Part shown: positions 51,301 through 63,300 of the stretch, piece by piece
Layout: each line of letters begins with the position of its first letter
Numbering within the stretch: the first letter of the stretch is position 1
Assembly: GCA_019828565.1 (NCBI GenBank)
Contig: JAHDYR010000008.1
Coordinates: forward strand, 186,001 to 250,000
Origin: Carpediemonas membranifera BICM
Taxonomy: Eukaryota > Protista > Fornicata
DNA: 64,000 nt
Direction: 5' to 3'
Notes under the pieces: generated by a model
The model's database searches: none
Told to the model about the DNA's origin: nothing
What the model saw: the letters and a program-made list of their open reading frames with translations, nothing else
Position numbers and translations under genes: made by a program

Positions 51301-54300
51301 TGGGAGACTTCGGCGCCGCGCCGACTCAGGCAGATGCTGTTACATACTCTGCTGACGCTTATGCGTATCAGATTGTACCAGACGCCATCACTGACACTGT
51401 TATGGTCATGGCGACAGTCTCGGGCGGCCTCACCGCTTTCATCTACCGCAAGGGCCAGGCCCCAGGCGAGCATCCCCTCGTGCCTGTAATCGCCCAGTCT
51501 GTTGCCACAGGCGTCGTTTATTACTTTGCCGGAGAATTATATGTAACTTCAGCATCGGGCGGTGACTTTGACATCATCAGCGGCCTCCTCGACGCCCGCA
51601 CAGGCCCTCCCGTGAGCACGACGATGCTCGCAGATCCAAGCCTCACGTCCATCTTCTTCCGAGACAGTATTTCATTGATTACGAGCTCAACCCCCGCCAC
51701 ACCGCTCGGCCTCTTCCTCCCATCGAAGTCCGAGTGCGCGGCGGGCCACGAGTTCCTTGCCCCTGGACTGTGCAGGCCATGCCCCGACGGGTACTACTCC
51801 CCCGGCCTCCAGACGCTGTGCACTAAGTGCCCGCCGCACTATGCCTCGAACACTGGCCACACGGCCTGTGTCCCAGATTACCAGATATCCCAGCTTGATC
51901 TTGATGGCCCAGCCCTCGCAATGGCCTCTGAAGGCGACGTAATGGTTGTCACCTCCAAGGGCTACGCCACCATCGCCGCATGCACGTCCACCAACAGCGG
52001 CCAGGTCTCAATTTACGAATACGACCCTGCCCTGCCAGGCTGGACCCGGGGCGACACTCTGACTGTGACCCTGCCGGATGCCTCTGGAGCCACATACTGC
52101 ATGGGCTGGGCGATCTCTCTCAGTGACTCGTGGCTTGCAGTCACTGGACGGGCGAGCACCACCACTGGTATAGTTTGGGTCTACTCCCGTAGCGGTGCGA
52201 CTATGACTTACAACACCGCTTTCGTGGGAAGCCCTGGCGGTAATTATGGTGGCGCTGTCAAGGTTGCGGGAGACTATCTTTTCGTGGGCGCGGTCACTGG
52301 GGGCTCTGTATCGGGCGGCCAGGTGTACATCTACTCATACTCCTCGAGCTGGCAGTCCATCACCGCGATTGAGTCACCCACACCTAATTCACTTTATAGA
52401 TACGGGTATGCCATCGACGCCATGGTCCTCGAGGACGACAGCCTCGTGCTGGCCGTCAGCCAGGTTCCATCGGACTCCACTCCCGGGAAGGTTTTCATCT
52501 ACGAAGCCCTGAACTTCGCGTCGCCCGCCGATGAGTTTACCAACGGTAATCCCGGATTCGGGACCACCGTCAAGCTTCTGTCCGCTGGCACCGGCCTCGT
52601 CTCCGACGGCGACGCTGTGTTCTATTTCGACCCATCCTCCACCACTGAGGTGTCGACAGAGCTCACTCTCTCTGACGGGTACGTCGCTGCCATGGGAACG
52701 TTCGGAGACATGCTCGTCGCGTCAGCTGACTCGTATCGTGTCTACGGCCACACCACAGGCGCCCTAGCTGTCGCCACTGACCATATGCACCCGTCCTACG
52801 ACCTTTCAGACTCCGGCCGAGTGTTCCCGCCCCAAGACTTCATGAGTGACAACCAAGGGTTCGGCCAGAGCCCGATGGAAGTCAATGACGGCGTCATTTT
52901 TGCCACTGACGCGCTCAGCTTGACTGTGACCAGCGTCAACCCGGGCTGCGGTGCAGGCGAGTACGCCGACACATGGTACTCGTGCGCTGACTGCCCCATG
53001 TACTCCACGGGCTCGGGCCTGGTGTGCACAGACCACAGCTTTACCTCAGTCAACGCTAACCTCGCCAGTGTTGTAACTTCCCTCGCCATTGACGAGAACA
53101 CCATGGTCGGCTACGTATCGATCGCTGCTTCCGGTACAGCAACAGTATTCAACCACATACCCGGTGACTGGGGTTCCGGTGTCGTCCTTGACAGCTTTTC
53201 AGCGTCTGGCGTTGGCAGTGGGCAACTCGGATACAACATTGCCCTGGATTCCTTCTGGCTAGTGGTCAGCGGCGGGAATGCTGCATCCACTGGCACTGTG
53301 AATGTCTACGCCCGCGATGGCGACACCTTGACGCTCAACGCGACCCTGCTGAGCGGTGTCGACCCGACCCTCGTTGCTGTCGACGGATACACCATTCTCG
53401 CGGCCACAGTCTCCACCGGCACCACTCTCCGCATCCTCGCCTTTTCCTCCGAAGTTGGTTGGGAAGAGGTCTTCGTCAACTCCACGGTCAGCAAGCCCGC
53501 CTCCAGTGTCGCAGTCAGTGGGTCCTGGGCGGTCGTCGGGTTCGCCTCGGATGGGTCAGTCGACCTGACTCACCGCGATGACAGTGGATCATGGGCGTCG
53601 TTCACCACGGTAGGCCTAGGGGCCGGCGACTTCGGGGCGTCACTCGCCCTAGAGAACACCACTCTTATCGTAGGGGCGCCTTCAGACGGCACTGGCGCAA
53701 TTTATGAGATCTCATTCGATGAAGAGGTCTGGGCAATCGGGTCGAGGGTCTCCCCCAACGATCCTGTTGCTGCTGGAGCGTTCCCTTCAAGCCTGGCTAT
53801 CCGAGACGGCCATGTCGCTGCCGGCTGGGTCAACTGCGAGGTCGACGGAGCCACCCCCGGCTGCATTCTCATGTTCGATAAGGACCAGACCAGTGTATGG
53901 CGCCAGACGACCCGCTACTACACGACAGAGGCGGCTGACTTCCCCATAGGCTTCAGTGTCGCCCTGTCTGACTACTCCATCGCCACTGTGTCTGATCCAG
54001 CCAACGATCACTCCACCATCGTGGTGTGGGACGCGGATTGTCCCGGCGGGAGCTACTCTGACACGTGGTTCTCGTGCAATGAGGCTTCGTACGCCACATA
54101 CGCCCCTGCTCGAAGCCTGAGACGCTACCTCTGCCCAGATGGATCCTGGCCTGATGCCACAGCAGCCTCCTGCGAGAGCGTAGCTTATACTGTCGCCGTA
54201 CTCGCCCCCGACGACACTACTGCCGCTGACGGCTTTGGTGTGAGTGTCTCTGTATTCGGCGACGTCCTCACAGTCGGCACGGAGGCGGGAGTCGCCCACG

Positions 54301-57300
54301 CATACCGAGTCAAGGGCCTCATGCCCGACCTGTACTTCGAGGACATCGGCCAGTTCACGACGAGTCACCCGAGTTTTGGAAGTGTGGTCGCCCTGTGCGG
54401 AGCATGGCTGGCAGTCGCGGCGCCAGACGCTGACGACGAGGCAGGTAGCGTGGCCGTCTTTGCCCGCACCGGCTACAGCTTCAGCGAGCCTACCATCCTC
54501 CAGGTCGCCGCCACGGCCAGCCTGGGATCCCGTCTAGCAGTCTACGATGACCTCCTCCTCGCCTCCTCCGATGCGGCAAACGGTACGGCCATCGCCTTCA
54601 CCTTCACTGACGGCGACTGGTCCACATCCGTGGCCCTCTTCGAGGAAGGCGCGGACGAGTTCGGCGCAGCAATAGCCATCACAGCGTCTTATATCTTCAT
54701 TGGTGCCCCTGCTACAGACCAAGTTTTTATTTATGACCACGGGCTCGACCTCGTCCAGGAGCTCGAGGCGGATAATGCCGGAGAAAGGTTCGGAAGCGTG
54801 CTGGCTGCCAGTGAAGCAGCTAGTACCCTGCTCTCCGTCGGCAGCCCGATGGCCAACGTTTCCGAGGTCACCGTTGGGACGACGTTCCTCTTTGAGCATC
54901 AGTCGACGTTCACCCTCATCGCCACCCTCGTCCACGGCCCTACCCTGCCCGATGTGACAGTCCCCGCCTCCCTGGCGATGGACCAGACGAGTGTGGTGGC
55001 CGGGTCGCCGATGACCTCTATTGGCACCCACACGTCCGCCGGGGCTATGCTCGCATTTACTAGTGAAGGGGCAGGCTGGGCAGAGTCGAGCGGCGCCATT
55101 GCCCCCGCCCCCAGAGCGAACGAAGGAGTGGGTCATGCAGCTGCTATGGGCAGCGCCGTCCTCGCCTTTGCACCGACTCCGTCCCAACAACCAGGGAAGG
55201 TCTACATCGCAGCCGCGGTCTGCAACGCAGGCTACCAGCCATCTTCATGGCGCTCGTGCGAGCCTTGCCCCACCGGCTCCTACTCTGAAGCGGGCTGGGC
55301 CAGCTGTCTCACTTGTCCCGAAGGCTCCACAGCCAGCGCCGGCCAGACGTCATGCACCCCCAGCTTCACCGCCGCCTCTCTCACTGGGCCGATCGACCAG
55401 CTCGGTTCGACTGTCAGAATCCACGAGGGCACCGTCTTCGCCATGAACGGCAGTACGGGCGTTGTACCAGATGTACACCAGGTGAACTATGACGGGTCCA
55501 CCTCTGCTTGGGTGCTCGACCCCACCGCGATCGCCCAGGCCGTAGACTCTGGCACAACGAGTGCATACCCCGCATCATTTGATGTGAGCGAGCATTGGCT
55601 GGCCCTCGGCTCTCCTGCGCTGAGCACCGTCTGTGTGTTCTCCCGCTCTGCCGACTCCTTCGACCTGCTCGACACGCTGGTGTTCGATGAGACTGCCACT
55701 TCTTTCGGCACCTCTGTGGCTATGACTGATGCCGTGCTTGCTGTGGGGGCACCTGACGCGGACAGCGGCGTGGTAGCGGTCTATGCATTCAACGGCAATC
55801 GCTGGGCTGAGCAGTTTAAGTTCAGGACCACTATGTCAGCACACGGCGATGCATTCGGCTCCGCAGTGGCTGTGGCGCCCGACTCGTCCTTCATTGCGGC
55901 CTCTGATCCCGCTACGAACAGCATCGTCGCCATCCTCGCATACAAATGCGGCCTCACGGGCGACGTCACCGAGACCCAGCTCATCGAGGGCGGTACCAGC
56001 TTTGGCACATCCCTTGCCGCGACAGAGACGACCATCGTCGTCGGAACCCCCGCTGCCACTGTTAACGGCATCCCCGGGGCCGGCACTGTCACTGTCCTGG
56101 CCCTGGACGGCGACGTCTGGGCGATCTCGACCACTCTCGAGGCCCATATCCCCGCAGCAGAGGCGTTCGGCTTTTCTGTTGCCATTGCTGACGACACCAT
56201 CGTCGCCGGTGCCCCTGGGTACAACGACGGCGCCCACGTCGCCGGACGGGCCCATCTCTTCGTCCTCGCCGACTCGGGCGACTGGGAGTTCGACCAGATC
56301 ATCGCCCAGCCCGCCTCAGACGACGCCCGTCTCGGATCATCAGTCGCCATCACCTCGCTGTTCATCGCTCTCGGTAGCCCCAGTTCATCAAATGATGAGG
56401 GCAGCCTGACGATTGTCTACCAGCCATGCGCCGACACCGCCGCAGATTACATGGCCAGCTGGCGCATGGGCTGTGCTGCCTGTCCGATGGGCACAGTGGG
56501 AGATGTCACGCGCTGCCAGTTCGTCCATGCTATCCAGCCCTACCAGGGGACGACGCTACCGGGCACCCCCAACTATGGTCATGCTGTGGCCGCCACTGAC
56601 AGTCTTGTTGCAATCTCGACCCACTATGCTACCGGTGATAACATCGTCGTTATCAGCTCGAACATCGCCTCGACCGCTATCCCACATGTACAGTATGACC
56701 AGCTGACAGTTGCTTCCGACAATGACTTTGGAAAGAGCCTGATGTTCACCGACTCGTTGCTATTCGTTGGGGCGTCCAGCTCTGTTGCTGTCTACGAGTA
56801 CTTCATCTCAAACGGCGTCTTCTTCAGTCACTACGATGACCTCGCGCTGACTCCGGCCGAGTCGTCGTTTGGTGACGTTATGCTCGCCTGGGATGACAAC
56901 ATCGCCATCGCCGCTCCAGATGCAACTGGCGATCTCATTCCTGGCGCCGGTCTTGTCGTTGTATATCACTATGACGGTGATTCCATCATCAAGATTGCCA
57001 CCATCGACCTGGCCGGCGTGTCTGGCCGCGGGGCGGACGCCCTCGGCACAAGCCTCCTCGAGCACGGCGGCACGCTGTTCATCGGCGCCCCCGGGGCGAA
57101 CACTGTCTTCGCCGTCGACGAGTCCGACTGGAGCACCGTCACCCAGGTCATCACAGCCACCCTGCCCACGGCGACTGTCAGCTTCGGGTCATCCATGGCC
57201 TACGACGACGTCAACGACCTCCTCCTGATCTCTGACCCCGACGCCGACATGTTTGGCACCGCCCAGGGCGCCGTGGTCGCCTTTGAACTCGACGCAGACA

Positions 57301-60300
57301 CCAGCGAGTGGACCCAGCTCACGTGGATTCGCCCTGGGGTTGCAGACATGGTCGCGTACGGCTCCGTTCTCCACACCTCACAGGGCATGGCATTCATGGG
57401 CTCAACGACGTATGTAGGCTCCACTGGGACCATCGGCTTCGTCGAGTTTCGTTCTTTTGACGACACAACACGCCGCTACGATACTAACGCGGAGATTTCC
57501 TACTTTATAGCCGAGCCAGGAGGCTTCCAGAGCACGGGCGTCTTGCAGAATGAGTATATCGTATCTAGGCCCTCCCACGATATAGCTGGGGTTGTAACAC
57601 GCAAGTGCGACGCAGGATACTACGCCTCTTCGCTGCTCGAATGCAGCGAGTGCCCAGAGTGGACATACTCGCCCGAGAATTCGCGATACTGCGAACCCTG
57701 CCCGGCTGGGTCCTCCCCCAACGCGAACAGGGATGGATGCGACCCCTCGATGTCCACATCCAGCGTGATTCCCAGCGCAAGTGTCGCAGGCACCGTCCAC
57801 TTCGGCACCACTGTCGCCGTATACGATGATCTCCTCATCCTTGGCTCAGATACCGCCCAGGCTGTCCTTTACATGCGTGTTCCCTCGGGTTACACTGAAA
57901 TCAAGTCGTTCAGCTTCGGGGCGACAGTTACCTCCGTGGCCGTCGACGAAGACTGGCTTGCCATTGCGACAGACGGTGACGGCCTTTACGTGTTCTCAGT
58001 CGGCCTGCGGACCTTCATAGAGCACTCACACCTGGCCTCCATCACCAACGTTCCTCTCATGGCCATGCTCGGCGGCCAGATCGTCACGGTGAGCACTGAC
58101 ACGAGGATCTACAGCTATCGCCCAGACCAGGACGACTGGCTGCCCAACCCTCAGGTCCCCCATGCTGGCACAACAGTGGCCCTGCACCCCGACTTCTTCA
58201 TCGTTGGAGATGGATCAACTGTCTATGCGGCACCGTGGCCAGCAGACTGTCCCACGTACTTGACGTGCGTTACAGATCTTGGTCTCGGAGGAAAGGACGC
58301 CCTTCTTCTCCTTGAGGATCACACCATCGTTGCTGTGGACGGTGCGTCCATCGAGTTCTTCACGATGACGGGGCCCGCTGCTACCCCCTCATGGACCCTC
58401 ACGCAGACCCTCACCGGCACCGACGGCGACTACGCCTCTATCACATCGACTGGGGAGCATATCATAGCTGGAATTCCCTCTCTTACAGGTGGCAACGGTG
58501 GCGCTCAGGTCATTGAGAAATCAGGGTTGACTTGGGCACTCGGCACCCTCATCACGGGGTCTAGTGGGAGTGCGGCGGGCACCACCATCGCCGCCACTGA
58601 CAAGGTCGTTGCTCTCGGTGCCCCTGCTACTTCCTCGGCGACTACCCAGGGCGGGGTCGACCTTGCTACCGCGTACTGCTCTGCCCACTCAGCCTCGCGG
58701 AGCTGGTCCGAGTGCGAGGTGTGCGACGGCGACAATACGTCAACTACTGGAGCCTTATCCTGCGAACTATGCCCAGCCGGAACGTACTTGGCCGCGGACT
58801 TCACGTGCCAGGGCGACGTTACCGTCCAGGAGCTCACGAATGTCAACACATTTGGAGACGCGGTCGCCCTGCATGGCAACTTCCTCGCTGTGACAGATTC
58901 GACTTCAGGTGACCTTTCCATCGGCCGTTTCGACCCTTACGCCTTGACCTGGGAGATCTCGAACAGTTTCGCCAGCGCCATGACCGCAGGCGGCACCCCT
59001 TCTCGGCTGGTGGTCACTGACGACTTCATTGTCTTCGGAGATCCATCGTTCAATGGGAATGTTGGCAGAGTTGGTTATATCCCCAGATCTGGACATATCT
59101 TTGAACCTTCTGAGTACATCGCCACCCCAGGCACCCGGGCATTGTTTGGCCACCAGGTTGCCCTGAACGGCACGACCCTCTTCGCCACGAGCGGCGATAC
59201 CTTAGGCATCCTCATGTTCGTCAAGGATCTGGCCGATCCAGCCGACACTGGCACGGAACATTCCCTCATGACTTGGGGAAATAATTTCGCAGTTTACGGC
59301 TCGATACTGGTTGCAACCAGCGTGAACGGTGATGTACGCATCTACCCCGACTTTTCTAGCGATGTGACGGACTTCCACGGCCTTGCCACGGTGCCCAACA
59401 GCAAGGTGACCTCCATTGCACTGAATGACGAGATCATCCTCATCGGCTCCCCAGACGACACCACCCACCTTGCCAATGACGTGTCCATCGGCAGTGTATA
59501 CATGTACGCAAATGCCCCAGCCGCCGGCTACCCATTCCTTCGCATCCTCACCCATCCAGACCTTGAGATGGATAGCACGGGGTTCGGGTCGACCGTCGCC
59601 CTTCTCTCAGCTGACGACATCGCCGTGGGACGTCCCGGTGACGCGTCCGACCCTTCCACGTTCGGCCAGACAGTCTGGTTCCACAGAGATGACGTGGGTA
59701 ACTGGAACGACGGGCTCGTTTCCAGTTCCCCCTTCCCCAAGGACTACTTCGCCCACTCCTCCGTCAGCGGCGGTGGCATAGCATACTCTGCGGCGGCGAC
59801 ATCCACTGTTATGCTGCTTGTACACGACTGCCCTGCCGGCTACTTCCCGGACTCGATGGTCAGCTGTGCTCAGTGCGCACCAGGCTCTGTCTCCGCGGCT
59901 TCCTCGTTCGTCTGCCACCCGTGCCCCGAGGGTATGACCGCTACTGCCGACCAGACCGACTGTGTGCCACTGTTCGCTGCCAAACGCGTCAACATAGCAG
60001 ACACGGGTACTATCCAGGGTCGCATCGACCTATACGGGGGCCAGCTGATGCTGATAGAGTCCGTTTCGTCTAGCCCCCCCTCCTATTTTGAGGTTAATCT
60101 GTTCATTTTCAATGCCACAACGCAAGACTGGTCACGTGAGGCTTCGATTCTTAAGGATTCAGCTTTCTTCACCGGATTAGGACGCAGCGCGACTATTACA
60201 GACGAGCATGTCTTGGTCGGCGCCTTCTTTATGACTGAATCCAGTGGCGTAACTGGCTCAGTCGCAGTTTATGACAGGTTCTCCCTGGAGCTCATTCAAG

Positions 60301-63300
60301 TCATACTACCCCCAACTGGACCGAAGATTCACTTCGGTGTCCGTACCTGCGTGCTCTTCGATGGCGACTTCATCGCGGTCGACAACCGCCAAGAGGAGTC
60401 TGCTGACGGCACTCTGTCTCGCGTTGGAGCTGTCCACATCTTCCACTTGGACCATGGCGTGTGGGTGTTCACGGAGACTCTTTATGGAGCGCCACCGGTT
60501 GCTAATGATAACTTTGGGATTCGTATGATCGGTCATGGGTCAACACTCGCCGTCATGTCGCGTGCCTCAGTGTCAGTGTTCACACTAGAAGACGGCAGCT
60601 TCACTCGAGTATGCACGACGCCGTTCTCTGTGACACAGACGGCACAAGCTGAGAACAGCATCGGTCTCTCCCCGGACGGGTCCGCGCTTGCCGTCCCATT
60701 CTTCTCATCGGACCATTCTGCGTTCTCTGTGTTCCACCTCAACGTCTCCACTGGCCGCTTTGCCGTCGTAGTGTCCAAAACAGGCCTACCTGACACTAAC
60801 ACCGTCTGTTGTGCCATGGTAGACTCTGGGACGATCCTAGTCGGTGTGGGCGATGAAGACTCAGGGGCTGGATCTGTCACGATCTATCACCGCGTCACGG
60901 ACGGGTTCTGGGTCGATGCTGGGGCTCTAGACTTACCTGATCATGCGGTCGGCGATCAATTTGGTCGCAGCGTCTTCCTAGGTGACAGTGGTGTCGTCAT
61001 CGCCGGGCTCATCGATGCCATTGTCCTGTCCCGATACGACTGTCCTGCGGGTGAAGTCGCGACGTCATGGTTTGAGTGCGGCCCCGTGCCCAGCGGTAGC
61101 ATCGCCTATTCCCACAGCCACACGAGGTGCCTCAACGGGTCCTACGCCGACGATGCAACAACATGCCTGCCCTGCGACGCCGGCACATACCAGCCCAACA
61201 AGGGTGCCACCGATTGCACGCCCGCCCCCGCAGGCTCCTTTGTCCCAGCCGACGGCCTTCCCCACGCGTCCCCCATTGAATGCCCGCTCGCCACGAACCA
61301 GCCTGGTGAGGGGGAGTCCAGTTGCGTCACATCCTATAACATTCAGTCGATTGTGTCAGACTCTTCATGGGACGATCGGTTCGCTGCATCAGTCGCGCTT
61401 GATGGGGATATGCTCCTCGTCGGGTCCCCTTCCAACCAGACCGTCCAGATATACCGCGACACCGGCGCCGTCTGGAACCGCACTGGCGAGCTATCAGTGT
61501 CATTCACAGTTAACCACTTTGGCCAGAATATGGTCCTGCGGGAATCCTGGCTCGCAGTCGCCAGCCCAGAGGCATGCAGTGAACCGTATTGCGAGGTCGG
61601 CCACGTCCATATGTATGCCCGAGACAGCTACGCCTTCATCCCCCACTCTACCCTGAACGCCACTGGCGACGAACCCGGCTTCGGCTTCGGCAGCAGCATT
61701 TCCCTTGAGTCCAATGTCCTCGCCGTGCTCTCGCCCCATTCAACCGACTTCTCCAACGTGGGCATGGCTGTAGTATTTACATACTCACATGTAACAGATT
61801 CATGGGACGAGGCGCCCCACGTCGGCCAGGCCGAGTCAACCGCCACGCCTGTGGCTGTGATTGTGACCGAAGTGAGCCCGCCCCGAGTCGTCTTCGGCAT
61901 GGGCGACAGCGGTCTCGTCTTCTGCACGTTCAACACAGCTCTTACCACTACGAGCTGTGATACTTCAGCCACTGCCGCGCTCCTTAGTGTTGCTGCCACC
62001 GATCTCTCTGAAGGAATCATCGTTTCGTCGAACTCCCACTACACCACCGGCGAGTTCGACCAAATCTCGAATGCTGGCTGGCCCCGCGTCTTCCTCAACG
62101 GAACGTCTACCACCCTTGACATCGAGCCTGTGGAGGGCCAGGAGTTCGGCCGGGCCGTCGCCGCGCATGGCACGCATGTGGGGTACACCGACGCCTTCGG
62201 GGCAGTTCATCTGCTTGAACCCGTTGGGGCCACTGAATTCGCCACGTTCGCCGACCTATACATCACTGACACTGGTTACACCCCTCTCGACGGCTACGGC
62301 ACTGCCCTCGCCATTGCACCGCTCAATATCGCTGTCGGTTCGAGCATGGAGGGCCATGGCACTCTCCACGTCGTCTCTAGGTCATGCCCTGCCGGCCAGT
62401 ACGCTACCAGCTGGCACTCCTGCGCTGACTGCGCTGCTGGGTCTTATTCTGCCACTCCGGGCCACCGCGAGTGCGTCGCATCACCGCTCGGCTCCATTGT
62501 AGCGACCGACGGGCAGGCCACCCCCGCGCCATGCGACGGGGGACGCCTTACCACCGAAACCGGCCAGACTGTATGCCAGAACTGCCCCGCGGGCTTCACA
62601 AACGACGCGAACGGCGAAGGCCACTCGAGCTGCCTTTCCACGTTCGTTGACTCGACGACTCCGATTTCAATATTCGGCCGCAGCGACGCGATCGCCACAG
62701 TTTCCGTGAACTCCATCAACTGCCTCCACACCGACGCTGAAGATCCTCTGAGATTCATCCCACTGATCCACTCCCCGGCCGCCGAGCGGGGCGTGATTGA
62801 CCCGGGAGACTATACTGTGCGGGTGGGGTACGTCGACGGGACGGCTGAGAGTACCACGCTGACGATCCCACCGGACTTTGTCACGCCAGAGACGACTGTC
62901 ACTGTCTACGGGACCACTGCACAGTCGGTGATGGCTTCCACTATTTGCCCCATCTACCTGCGGTTCGGTGCAATGGGACCTGTTCAGTTCGATAGGATTG
63001 AGCTTGATTCGACTCCGGCGCGGTGCACAGCGAACGTTACCCTCACCGCTGCCGATATCAATCAGTACTTCAACCCGACGCTGACTGAAGAAGACGGTGA
63101 GTATTGCCTTAGGCTGACAGAGCTTGTCCTCGCCGACACAGAGGCGTTCAGTATTATCATCGACGACGAGGTGCAGACTCTTGTGCTCAGAGACAACGCT
63201 ATCTGCACCAACCGGTCGACCGCTGCTACCACCGCCGTCTCGACCCAGGCATACCTCAGCGCCGACACCCGGACAATCATTGCACTATTCGACGGCGACG